Virus record (IMG/VR): IMGVR_UViG_3300016484_000569
Span: 1 to 60,073 of that record
Source: a virus
Lineage: Duplodnaviria > Caudoviricetes
Length of the DNA stretch: 60,073 bases
Direction: 5' to 3' (one strand)
Shown here: positions 46,201-55,252 of the stretch, piece by piece
Position numbering within the stretch: position 1 is the first letter of the stretch
How the letters are laid out: the number at the start of each line of letters is the position of its first letter
Notes under the pieces: model-generated
Database searches by the model: none
What the model was told of the DNA's origin: nothing
What the model saw: the letters and a program-made list of their open reading frames with translations, nothing else
Position numbers and translations under genes: made by a program

Positions 46201-48258
46201 TCGTCCACCTGTCTGTGCCGGAGCAGGGCACCCTGCCCCTGCCCCCGCCGCCCGTCCAGCCCAAGCCTGTCACCCCCGTCCTGTCTGTCTATGACCGGGT
46301 CGCTGCGACCATGAAGGCGGGCGGGGTGTGGACCGTGGCCTCCATGTTCGAGGAGTTGTTCCCCGATGGGACACGGGAGGGCAACCTGCAGGACTACAAC
46401 GCCGTGTCCTCCGCTCTGCGGAAGATGTTTGAGGAAGGGAACTGCGCCAAGTTCGCCATGTGGCGGACCTCTGGGCAGAGCAAGGCCAGCCGGGAGTGGT
46501 TCACCTGCTACCCGGAGAAGGCGGATGTGGACGAATGGGAGGAGTGAGATGAAGCGATACGAACTCAAGCTGGAACTTTACCAGATCATCGAGGCGACCA
46601 GCCTGACCGACGCAGAGGAGAAGGCTGACTACGAGGTCAGCCGTCTCACTGCCAACGGACTGGCCGGGGACTTGGGCTACACCGAGGCGGTGTGGACTGT
46701 GAAACTTATCAAGAGCAAGAAGGAAGACTGACATGGAGTTTTGGACAATCCTGTGGGTGACTGTGATCGGCGGCATCTATGATGGGGAGAACTCCTTCAT
46801 GGTCTACCCGTCGATGGACAGTTGCCGGGCGGCGCTCTCTGTCCTCAGCGACACGCTGCCCTATGACCATGGCATGCTGTGCGAAGAGACCACGGCGATG
46901 TCTAAATCGCTGCGGCCGAAGCGCCGACCGGAGGGACTGACCCAATGACTGACCACGGTAAGAGAGCGAAAGACGCAGAGCGCTATATGCAGGCTGGGCA
47001 CCGGGTGCAGACCGCCATCGGGTTCAAGCCGGAGCGTCCACATGACCCCTACAAGGACCTGCGGACAGGGCTGGACATGTCGAAGGCGGATCAAGCTGGT
47101 CTTGTCACGCTGCTGATCGCCAAGGGGGTGTTCACCATGGACGAATACCTCGCCGCTGTCGCCGATTCGGCCGAGACCGAGGCGAACCGACACGAAGATG
47201 AACTCTCTGTGCGGTATGGTCTCAACGTGAAGACAGTATGAGCAACGGCTCCGAACTGAAATCACCGGGCGCTGCGGCGCTGCGGGCGGCGGGGTTCAAA
47301 CCCTGCCCCCGCTGGTGGCTGACAGCAGAGCAGTTGGAACTGGTGGAATACATGGCGTTGCAGAACGCGGCCGAGGTGAACCGGATCAGGGCGGCCGCCT
47401 ATCCAGAGGGGCGAGAGGCATGGACGAAGCAACAGGAGATCGAGCGGGCATGGGCGATGATTGGAAAGGTGAGGGCCGCATCCGAGGACTGAGACCCAAG
47501 ACAGGACAGAACGAGACCAAGCGACTGGTGAACGTGATCTACCACGCCAACCGACGTAAGCAGGGCTTGCCCGCTCCGGCAGCGAAGCGGCATAGTGGCA
47601 TGATGAAGGGGGTGTTCATCGAGGTGCACAACCCATGAAGCGGTCCGCCCTCAAGCCCCTGCACACCAAGGTGACAGGGGACCTGCCCCGCATGATGCGG
47701 GTCAGCCTGCCTTGTGAGCCATGGGAGAAGCCCGATGAACCGGAACCTGATCCGCCTCCTGAACCTAAGGAAAAGATTGCGGGAACAGATCAGGACAAGC
47801 GGCGGCAGCGGCGTTCCGCCCGCCATCTTGGACCTTATACACGACATCGAAAAGACAACGGACCTTCTGCTCCATGAAACATACGCCAACGGAACTGCAC
47901 CTCCGCAAGGAACTGGGCAAGCTGACCCATCGCATCCATGAGATGATCGACGAGCGGCGCAAGATGCATGCCGATCTGGTGGCCCAGCGGGCAGACATGA
48001 CCACCGCCATCAACCTGTTGGACCGGGGCTGCACCCGGGACGCCATCCAAGTCCTGAAAGACTCCATCGCTTACCGGGAGAGGAACCGTGAACCCCGAAA
48101 GAACCCCGCTCCAAGAGACCCTGACGGGCCTGTCTAAGGCCCAACTTGTGGTGCTGCACCGCATCGCCAAGGACCCGCACAAGGGGCTGCGCCCCTTCTT
48201 CACTAACCCCCATCACATGATCGCCCTGCGCCGGGCCACGGAGGACAAGCATGACTGA
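43258..48258 (+). other. Run of roughly 16 tightly packed small early ORFs of unknown function (e.g. 43258-43521, 43518-43823, 43817-44119, 44119-44376, 44916-45191, 45195-45974, 45984-46547, 46549-46731, 46733-46948, 46945-47241, 47238-47492, 47874-48137)
   Basis: Consecutive plus-strand ORFs with ATGA-type overlaps and purine-rich RBSs. Confidence 0.7.
44324..44932 (+). CDS. Acidic protein with FSGFWSQGDGA motif (mobile-element family)
   Basis: YFSGFWSQGDGACF...RYYH...YRKLEEEYDHLTSDE; GGAGG RBS. Confidence 0.7.
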   Translation: MVKSSQRNSLIEKYRYINVEYIDWWDCVESDFVDDMKKVGIEVSKLYFSGFWSQGDGACFTGSLRDAKVYLDHHHQDQFPMIRKLLEHGGDVWATSRHSGRYYHHMSTIISAESDTFYNVMAQPTEFHAAVVEQWDEALTKEMSEFETALTEQWRTYMQDVYRKLEEEYDHLTSDEAVWDTIEANELEEDVDDDEDDYDRAA

Positions 48259-48607
48259 GCATGAACCCCGCATCCACATCGAAGGCGTCAAGTTCGACGA
48301 GGCCAAGGCCCGCTACGATCTGATCCCGCCCGAACTGCTGGAGCAGACAGCCATCGTCCTGACCTATGGTGCACACAAGTACAGCGGCCGGGACTGGGAG
48401 AAGGGGATGAAGTGGGGCCGCTACTTCGGTGCCCTGATGCGCCACATGTGGGCGTGGTGGCGGGGACAGGACCGTGACCCGGAGACCGGCTTCTCCCACC
48501 TGTCCCATGCTGCCTGCTGCATTGCGTTCTTGATCGCATATGAACATCGTTGTATAGGTGAGGATGATCGTCATAAGCTGGGAGGCAGGGGTGGTGAAAC
48601 GCCTTGA
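48251..48607 (+). CDS. dATP/dGTP diphosphohydrolase domain protein (DUF5664-like)
   Basis: GVKFD..K.RYDLIP...VLTYGAHKY...W.KG...ALMRH...DPETG.SHL.HAAC. Confidence 0.85.
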   Translation: MTEHEPRIHIEGVKFDEAKARYDLIPPELLEQTAIVLTYGAHKYSGRDWEKGMKWGRYFGALMRHMWAWWRGQDRDPETGFSHLSHAACCIAFLIAYEHRCIGEDDRHKLGGRGGETP

Positions 48608-48896
48608 TGGTATTACAGACACGTTTGTGAAAGCATATGCTGCGCGGAGTATAGGTATGGAGGAGATCAACGCCGACGCCTACATGGACACCGCCGCATA
48701 TGCGATGAAGGTGAGGGCAGAGATGGAGACGCAGGTCGTCCGTGAGGTAGGCAAGCAAGCAGTGCGTCATCTGTCAAACAAGTGTGGTATGGCAGAGTCA
48801 GAACTCATCGAGTTCATCAGGTTCCTGCGGGAGGACCCTGAAATCCACAGTAAATACATAGCGTATAAGACAGCCAAGCGGCTGAGAGGGGAATAA
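48591..48896 (+). CDS. Hypothetical protein
   Basis: GGAGG then GTG; start uncertain. Confidence 0.55.
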   Translation: MVKRLDGITDTFVKAYAARSIGMEEINADAYMDTAAYAMKVRAEMETQVVREVGKQAVRHLSNKCGMAESELIEFIRFLREDPEIHSKYIAYKTAKRLRGE

Positions 48897-48897
48897 C

Positions 48898-49410
48898 ATG
48901 GGCGGGCACTTGCTCATACCCCGCAAGGAACTGGCAGGGTATCTCGGGCGCACCGAAGACGACACACAGACAATAGTAGACCTAGACCACACCTTTCCAA
49001 AACCCGTTAGGTTGGGTGGAGCCAGAGGTAAGGTGTACTTCAACCGAGCCGAAGTGGATGCTTGGAAACTGCAGCAGGGGTACATCGGTAGCGCGTATAC
49101 AAGTTTGGGAGAACTCCTGAGCAAGTACGGCACCGACATAACCAAACCGCTGGAGATGACATGCGGCGTCTACCTTCTGTATAGGTCGGGTTCCCTAATC
49201 TACATCGGCCAGTCTATGAATGTGTACGCACGTGTTACGCAGCACCGTGACAAGGCGTTCGACAAGGTGATGTTTATACCGTGCAAGCGTGAGGTGCTGG
49301 ACGTAGTGGAGTCAGTACTGATAACCACACTGCGACCAGAGTTGAACGGACCGCCGCCGCTAAGGGACGTACAGCTTAGCGACATAACAGCAATAACGAG
49401 GGTAGCGTAA
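48898..49410 (+). CDS. AlpA/excisionase-like HTH fused to a GIY-YIG nuclease domain
   Basis: KELAGYLG...FPKPVRLG...FNRAEVDAW then GVYLL...IYIGQS...R..QH...E..LI...PELN. Confidence 0.75.
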   Translation: MGGHLLIPRKELAGYLGRTEDDTQTIVDLDHTFPKPVRLGGARGKVYFNRAEVDAWKLQQGYIGSAYTSLGELLSKYGTDITKPLEMTCGVYLLYRSGSLIYIGQSMNVYARVTQHRDKAFDKVMFIPCKREVLDVVESVLITTLRPELNGPPPLRDVQLSDITAITRVA

Positions 49411-49411
49411 C

Positions 49412-51289
49412 ATGGACATCGTCACTATCGACTTCGAGACATACTACGACAAGGACTACTCCCTTTCGAAGATCACCACTGAGAAGTATATCCGTTCGCC
49501 TCTGTTCGAGGTGATCGGTGTGGGCGTCAAGGTCAACGACGGACCTGTGGATACCTACAGTGGGGACAACCCCGGCAAGTTCCTCAAGTCTCTGGACTAC
49601 AGCGACAAGGCGATCCTCTGTCACAACACCCTGTTCGACGGGGCCATCTTGTCGTGGAAGTTCGGGATCAAGCCCAAGCTATGGCTGGACACCCTGTCGA
49701 TGGCGCGGCCGACCCACCAGTCCACCGTGGGCGGCAGCCTCAAGGCGCTGGCTCAGTTCTACGGGCTGGGACAGAAGGGTGAGGAGGTCGTCCATGCACT
49801 GGGTAAACGGCGGGCTGACTTCTCTCCGGCTGAACTGTCGGCCTACATGAAGTATTGCGCCAACGACATCGACCTGACCTACGGTCTGTTCAAGAAGCTG
49901 CGCAAGGGCTACCCGGTGGAGGAACTGCGGATCATCGACGCCACGATCCGCATGTACACAGAGCCGTCCATCGAACTGGACCATGACATGCTGGAGACCC
50001 ACCTCGCCCGGGTCATCGCCAGCAAGGAGGCGCTGATGGACAGCCTCGGCGGCAAGGGCAAAGAGATGCTCATGTCCAACGAGAAGTTCGCCAAGCTGCT
50101 CAAGCGGCGTGGTGTAGATGTGCCGATGAAGACCAGCGCCAGCACAGGCAAGGAGACCTATGCCTTTGCCAAGACGGACCTGCCCTTCCTCGCCCTGCAA
50201 GAACACCCCGACCCCGTGGTGCAGACCCTCGTCGCCGCACGGCTGGGCCTCAAGTCCACGCTGGAGGAGACGCGCACCAAGGGGCTGATCGAGGTGTCGC
50301 AGCGGGGCAGGCTGCCCATCATGCTGAACTACTACGGCGCGCACACAGGGCGCTTCTCAGGGGGCGACAAGCTGAACCTGCAGAACCTGCCCAGCCGTGG
50401 TGACAACACCATCCGCCGCGCCCTCCGTGCGCCTGCTGGGTACAAGATCGTCAGTTGCGACAGCAGTCAGATCGAAGCCCGCATGGTGGCCTACCTCGCA
50501 GGGCAGACCGATCTGGTGCAGCAGTTCCGTGAAGGTCGGGACGTGTACTCGGAGTTCGCCTCCGAGGTCTACCAGCGCAAGATCACCAAGGCTGACAAGG
50601 TGGAACGCTTCGTCGGTAAGACCTGCATCCTCGGGCTGGGCTACATGACCGGCGCACCCAAGCTGCGCGATACTCTCAAGCGGGGACAGGGAGACATCTC
50701 CGTGGACCTGACGCCGGAGGAAGCGGCAGACATCGTCGCCATCTACCGCCGCAAGAACCACAACATCGTCAAGCTGTGGAGCGAGTGCGGCTACGCCCTG
50801 TCCAACATGGTGTCAGGGCGCGGTGGTCAGATCGGCACCCTCCTGACCTACAGCCCCGATGGTATCCTCCTGCCCAACGGGATGAAGCTGCGCTACCACG
50901 GGCTGTCGGCCAACGACCGGAAGTTCTTCTACATCTCTGACAAGCGCATGTTTGACAGAGCGATGAAGGCCCGCCTCGAAGGCAGCAAGGCGGATGTGGG
51001 CGAAGGACTGGTGCCCGGCCAGTCCCACCTCTACGGCGGCAAGGTCACAGAGAATGTGGTGCAGGCGCTGGCTCGGATCGTGGTGGCTGGACAGATGCTG
51101 GCTATCCGTGACGCTGGCTACCACGTCGCCTTCCAAGTCCATGACGAGAACGTCTGCGTGGTGCCCGAGGACAAGGCCGATCAGGCAGTCAAGGACATCG
51201 TGGAGATCATGTCCACCGCCCCGGCGTGGGCACCCGACCTGCCCGTGGCCTGCGAGGCTGGCGTGGCTGACACCTATGGAGATGCGTGA
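49412..51289 (+). CDS. polA: DNA polymerase family A with 3'-5' exonuclease
   Basis: Exonuclease DFET/HNTLFD/YCAND; HTGRFS, motif A DSSQIEAR, motif B RFVGKTCILGLGY, motif C QVHDE. Confidence 0.95.
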   Translation: MDIVTIDFETYYDKDYSLSKITTEKYIRSPLFEVIGVGVKVNDGPVDTYSGDNPGKFLKSLDYSDKAILCHNTLFDGAILSWKFGIKPKLWLDTLSMARPTHQSTVGGSLKALAQFYGLGQKGEEVVHALGKRRADFSPAELSAYMKYCANDIDLTYGLFKKLRKGYPVEELRIIDATIRMYTEPSIELDHDMLETHLARVIASKEALMDSLGGKGKEMLMSNEKFAKLLKRRGVDVPMKTSASTGKETYAFAKTDLPFLALQEHPDPVVQTLVAARLGLKSTLEETRTKGLIEVSQRGRLPIMLNYYGAHTGRFSGGDKLNLQNLPSRGDNTIRRALRAPAGYKIVSCDSSQIEARMVAYLAGQTDLVQQFREGRDVYSEFASEVYQRKITKADKVERFVGKTCILGLGYMTGAPKLRDTLKRGQGDISVDLTPEEAADIVAIYRRKNHNIVKLWSECGYALSNMVSGRGGQIGTLLTYSPDGILLPNGMKLRYHGLSANDRKFFYISDKRMFDRAMKARLEGSKADVGEGLVPGQSHLYGGKVTENVVQALARIVVAGQMLAIRDAGYHVAFQVHDENVCVVPEDKADQAVKDIVEIMSTAPAWAPDLPVACEAGVADTYGDA

Positions 51290-51525
51290 TGTCGGCGATC
51301 ATCGGCCGACGCATTGTCGCCCCCAGACACACCCTGACCCATGGCATCATCGAGGTGATACGCTTCCAGTTCCGCTGCCTCACCTGTGGTAACGCAATGG
51401 AGGCGGACGAGGGTGACGTCATGAACCACGGCTACACCGCAGATGAACAGCCCTATGTGCTAACCTTTTGCTCCTGCGAAGCCGATCTTTTCGTCCCTGT
51501 CACCATGATCGAAGGTGCCCCATGA
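51286..51525 (+). CDS. Small Cys-rich hypothetical protein
   Basis: CLTC...CSC; overlaps both neighbours. Confidence 0.55.
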   Translation: MMSAIIGRRIVAPRHTLTHGIIEVIRFQFRCLTCGNAMEADEGDVMNHGYTADEQPYVLTFCSCEADLFVPVTMIEGAP

Positions 51526-52193
51526 CTGTCAAACTTGCGCACTCCTACACCGCGCTCAAGATGTACGAGAACTGCCCGAAGCGTTACTACCACCAGCGCG
51601 TCACCAAGGAAGTCGTGGACCAGCCGGGGACGGCGACGGTCTACGGTGAGCGGGTGCACAAGCAGTTGGAGGAATACCTCAAGGCTCCGGCCACCGGCCT
51701 GCCCGAGGAGACGGCTGCGCTGCAGCCCCTCTGCGACAGCGTGATGAACGGCGTCAAGGGTGGTGGGATGCTGCTGATCGAGCAGGAGTACACCCTGACC
51801 AGCGACCTCAAGCCGACCTCGTGGTTCGCGCCGGACGCATGGCTGCGCTTCAAGCTGGACGTACTGGCGATCCGCGGCAACAACACCGCCATGGTGCTGG
51901 ACTGGAAGACTGGTAAGCGCCGTCCCGACTTCGACCAGTTGGAGATGTTCGCCCTTGCGGTCTTCTCGTTCTGGCCTTCGATCAGCAAGGTCTCCTCCAT
52001 GTTCGTCTGGACCAAGGAGAACGCCATCGACAAGGAGACCTATCGGGTCGAGCACAAGGACGAGATGTGGACCCGGCTGCTGACCCGCATCCATCGGGTG
52101 GAGAAGTCCTTGGAGACGGACAACTGGCCCGCCAAGCCGAGCGGGCTGTGCAAGTTCTGCCCCTGCCGGGAGTTCTGCGAGTTCGCTGCTTGA
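51522..52193 (+). CDS. Cas4/RecB-like PD-(D/E)XK exonuclease
   Basis: SYT..K.YENCP, G..VH..LE, KLD, DWKTGK, QL.MF, CKFCP...C. Confidence 0.88.
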   Translation: MTVKLAHSYTALKMYENCPKRYYHQRVTKEVVDQPGTATVYGERVHKQLEEYLKAPATGLPEETAALQPLCDSVMNGVKGGGMLLIEQEYTLTSDLKPTSWFAPDAWLRFKLDVLAIRGNNTAMVLDWKTGKRRPDFDQLEMFALAVFSFWPSISKVSSMFVWTKENAIDKETYRVEHKDEMWTRLLTRIHRVEKSLETDNWPAKPSGLCKFCPCREFCEFAA

Positions 52194-52216
52194 CCGACTG
52201 CCTGTGAGGTGACACG

Positions 52217-52546
52217 ATGGCTACTCCAGAGGGCCGTATCAAAGCGGCGCTGGACCGGATGTTGAAGGCAGAGCGGGTGTGGTTTTACCCCCCGCAAGCC
52301 GGACCATTTGGTAGTGCTGGCATCCCAGACAGGGTCGCCATCGTGGCAGGCATCTTCGTCGGCATAGAATGTAAAGCCGACCGGACCAAGAAACCGACCG
52401 CCTTGCAGATGAAGTGCATGGCGGACATCGAGGCTGCGGGCGGCAAGTGCTTCGTGGTCTACGACAAAGAAACCATCGAGCATGTGAGGGAGTGGATACA
52501 TGCTTGTCGTCGAGTCCGCGAGGGCAGTAGCCCTCAAGCTGAGTGA
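52217..52546 (+). CDS. VRR-NUC nuclease
   Basis: TPEG.IK...GIPD...IECKA...PT.LQ...AGG. Confidence 0.88.
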   Translation: MATPEGRIKAALDRMLKAERVWFYPPQAGPFGSAGIPDRVAIVAGIFVGIECKADRTKKPTALQMKCMADIEAAGGKCFVVYDKETIEHVREWIHACRRVREGSSPQAE

Positions 52547-54047
52547 CCCCAACCGGGTCCTTGAGTGCATCCCCAAAGCCCGACAACTGCCCTCGGACCC
52601 ACGCATCGTCGTGGTGCCGCACCGGGTGCGGGAGATGCAGCGCCTCAAGGAACTGGGGTTCAACCCGCCATCGCCTATTGGCTACCAGTACGACTGGCCC
52701 GGCCGCTTTACGCCGTTCGACCACCAGCGGGAGACCGCAGGGTTCCTGACTCTGCACAAGCGGTGTCTTGTGCTGAACTCGATTGGCACAGGCAAGACCG
52801 TCAGTTCCCTCTGGGCTGCCGACTACCTGATGAACGCAGGTGTGGTGAAGAAGGTGCTGATCCTGTCGCCCCTGTCCACACTGGAGCGGGTGTGGGGTGA
52901 CGCCATCTTCAAGGAGTTCTACCACCGCAAGTCGGTGACCCTCTATGGCGATGCGAAGCGCAGGCTCAAGCTGCTCAAGACCGACGCCGACTTCTACATC
53001 ATCAACCACGACGGCTTCCCAATCATCGCCAAGGAGACGCTGGACATGTTCGATCTCGTCATCATCGACGAGGCGGCGGTCTACCGGAACCCATCGACTA
53101 AGCGGTTCAAGCAGTTCTACCGCTGGCTCCAAGTCCAGCCGAACCTGCGCCTGTGGCTGATGACCGGGACGCCCACCCCCAACGAGCCGACCGACGCATG
53201 GGCGCTGGCCAAGCTGGTGGACAGCCCTCACATGAGCAAGTCCTACACAGCGTTCCGCGAACAGGTCATGACCAAGATCGGCCAGTGGAAGTTCGTCCCT
53301 CGGCCGGACAGCGTGGACATTGTGAAGCACGTGCTCCAGCCATCCATCCGCTTCACACGCGAGGACTGTCTGGACCTGCCGGACACCATCACCCAGACCC
53401 GCAAGGTCGAGATGACCCCGGAGCAGTCGAAGCACTTCAAGCAGATGGTCAAACAGCTTGTCACCGAGGTGGCGGGCGGCACGATCACCGCCGTGAACGA
53501 GGCGGTGAAGGCGCAGAAGCTGATCCAGATCGCCTTGGGTGTGGCCTATGGCGAGAACGGGGAACTTCTGGAACTGGACTGCACACCACGGATCAACGCT
53601 GTGAAGGAGGTCATCGAGGAGGCGGGCGAGAAGGTCATCCTGTTCGTCCCGCTGACCGGCACCCTGCGGATGCTGGAGCGTGAACTGTCCAAACAGTGGA
53701 CGGTGGGTGTGGTGAATGGCGAAGTGTCGTCAGCGAAGCGCAATGACATCTTCCATAACTTCCAACATGCGCGTGATCCCCGTATCTTGATCGCACATCC
53801 GGCGACAATGGCGCACGGATTGACCTTGACAGCGGCGTCAACCGTTGTATGGTATGGTCCCATAACCAGTAACGAACAGTATGTTCAGGCCAATGGTCGT
53901 GTAGAGCGTATCGGCAAGAAGCATGTGTCGAACGTAGTACACATCGAAGCAACCGAAGTAGAGCATCGCATCTATGAACGTCTGCAGAATAAGCAGAAGT
54001 TACAGGGTGTGTTGCTAGACCTTATCGCCCAGATGGGAAAGGGATAA
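52500..54047 (+). CDS. SNF2-like SF2 helicase
   Basis: GTGKT, IIDEA, MTGTP, HGLTLT, QANGRVERIG. Confidence 0.9.
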   Translation: MLVVESARAVALKLSDPNRVLECIPKARQLPSDPRIVVVPHRVREMQRLKELGFNPPSPIGYQYDWPGRFTPFDHQRETAGFLTLHKRCLVLNSIGTGKTVSSLWAADYLMNAGVVKKVLILSPLSTLERVWGDAIFKEFYHRKSVTLYGDAKRRLKLLKTDADFYIINHDGFPIIAKETLDMFDLVIIDEAAVYRNPSTKRFKQFYRWLQVQPNLRLWLMTGTPTPNEPTDAWALAKLVDSPHMSKSYTAFREQVMTKIGQWKFVPRPDSVDIVKHVLQPSIRFTREDCLDLPDTITQTRKVEMTPEQSKHFKQMVKQLVTEVAGGTITAVNEAVKAQKLIQIALGVAYGENGELLELDCTPRINAVKEVIEEAGEKVILFVPLTGTLRMLERELSKQWTVGVVNGEVSSAKRNDIFHNFQHARDPRILIAHPATMAHGLTLTAASTVVWYGPITSNEQYVQANGRVERIGKKHVSNVVHIEATEVEHRIYERLQNKQKLQGVLLDLIAQMGKG

Positions 54048-54048
54048 C

Positions 54049-54276
54049 ATGACGTTTGTGATCGAGAAGAACGTGCCGCTGCCGGAGAAGAACATCCGGT
54101 GGAAGTACCCGTTCGATCAGATGGAAGTGGGCGACAGCTTCTTCGTCCCGAACAAGGAGAGCACCCAGATGTCGGCGCTGTGCAAGCGCGCCAGCAAGCG
54201 TCTGGAAGCCCGCTTCGTGACGGCGAAGGCAGAGACCGCAGACGCCAAGGGCGTCCGGGTGTGGAGGGTGGAATGA
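54049..54276 (+). CDS. Small conserved phage protein
   Basis: IEKNVPLP...KYPF..MEVGDSFFVP...GVRVWR. Confidence 0.7.
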   Translation: MTFVIEKNVPLPEKNIRWKYPFDQMEVGDSFFVPNKESTQMSALCKRASKRLEARFVTAKAETADAKGVRVWRVE

Positions 54277-54674
54277 GCCTTACAGTCGAGCAGGTGGTAG
54301 GCACCTACATGAAACTTCGGCGCAAGAAAGAGGCGCTGGAGAACCAAGTGAAGGAAGACCTCGCCGACATCAAAGCCAAGATGACCAAGCTGGAGTCGTG
54401 GCTGATGCAGAAGGCGGACGAGGATGGCGTCACGTCGTTCAAGACCGCCGCCGGGACGGCCTTCGTCACCACCACGGACTTCGCCAACGTCGCTGACTGG
54501 GACGCCGTGCTGACCTTCATCCGGGAACAGGAAGCCTTCGACATGCTGGAGAAGCGCGTGTCCAAGACGGCGGTGCGGGCCTATATGGACGAGACTGGCG
54601 AGGTTCCGCCGGGCATCACCTATGGCAGCAAGCTGGGCATCAACGTCCGCAAGCCGACTGGCGGTGACGAATGA
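54273..54674 (+). CDS. Coiled-coil replication-module protein
   Basis: MSLTVEQVVGTYMKLRR...DWDA...LEKRVSKTAV...VPPGI. Confidence 0.7.
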   Translation: MSLTVEQVVGTYMKLRRKKEALENQVKEDLADIKAKMTKLESWLMQKADEDGVTSFKTAAGTAFVTTTDFANVADWDAVLTFIREQEAFDMLEKRVSKTAVRAYMDETGEVPPGITYGSKLGINVRKPTGGDE

Positions 54675-54955
54675 AGTGGCTGCGGGAACTGGCCCTGCGC
54701 TGGCTGGGGTTCCACACCCCGACCGCGCTCGGCGCGGGCAACGGCAACGGCAACGTCAACCCGCTCCCAATGATGACGCATTGGGAGAACCCGAAGTCGC
54801 TCACTGTGGTGCAGGTGCGGAACGGGTTTCTGATCTGCCACCGCATCTACAACCCGAATGGACCGGACAGCGTCGATGCGATCTTCGCCCCCGACGCAGA
54901 CAGTCTCGGACCCATGCTCATCGCCGAGATGACGGCGATGCGCCTCAAGAAGTAA
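54671..54955 (+). CDS. Hypothetical protein
   Basis: 94 aa, ATGA overlap. Confidence 0.6.
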   Translation: MKWLRELALRWLGFHTPTALGAGNGNGNVNPLPMMTHWENPKSLTVVQVRNGFLICHRIYNPNGPDSVDAIFAPDADSLGPMLIAEMTAMRLKK

Positions 54956-54976
54956 CCGCAACCACAGGAGACCCCT

Positions 54977-55243
54977 ATGACCAAAGGTGAATACCGGGTC
55001 GGGATCAACTTCAATCCGTCGAACGACGACATGGTGGGCAAGATCAAGCGGGCCGCCGCCGATCTGATCGACCTGATCGAGGCGATCCCGATGCCGGAGG
55101 TGGCCGACGATATGACCGATGCGGAGTGGGCCAAGACCATGGACCACACCAGCGAGATCGTCCGTCTCAAGTCGCTGGCCCAGAACCACGTCGAAGACGC
55201 CGCAATGTGGGCAGTGAAAGCTGCCACGAAACCCGCTCAGTGA
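54977..55243 (+). CDS. Acb2/Tad1-like helical hairpin protein (candidate immune-signal sponge)
   Basis: FNPS...IK..AA.LID...RLKSLAQNHVEDAAMWAVKAAT; AGGAG RBS. Confidence 0.6.
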   Translation: MTKGEYRVGINFNPSNDDMVGKIKRAAADLIDLIEAIPMPEVADDMTDAEWAKTMDHTSEIVRLKSLAQNHVEDAAMWAVKAATKPAQ

Positions 55244-55252
55244 GAGGATGAC

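Noticed and set aside
48898-49100. Excisionase implying an integration module
   Set aside because: The HTH is fused to GIY-YIG; no integrase is recognisable in the genome
48251-51289. 2-aminoadenine (Z) genome system
   Set aside because: No PurZ/adenylosuccinate synthetase-like gene was seen
51522-52193. Cas4 as evidence of CRISPR-Cas
   Set aside because: Solo Cas4-like exonuclease in a replication module; no other cas genes or array
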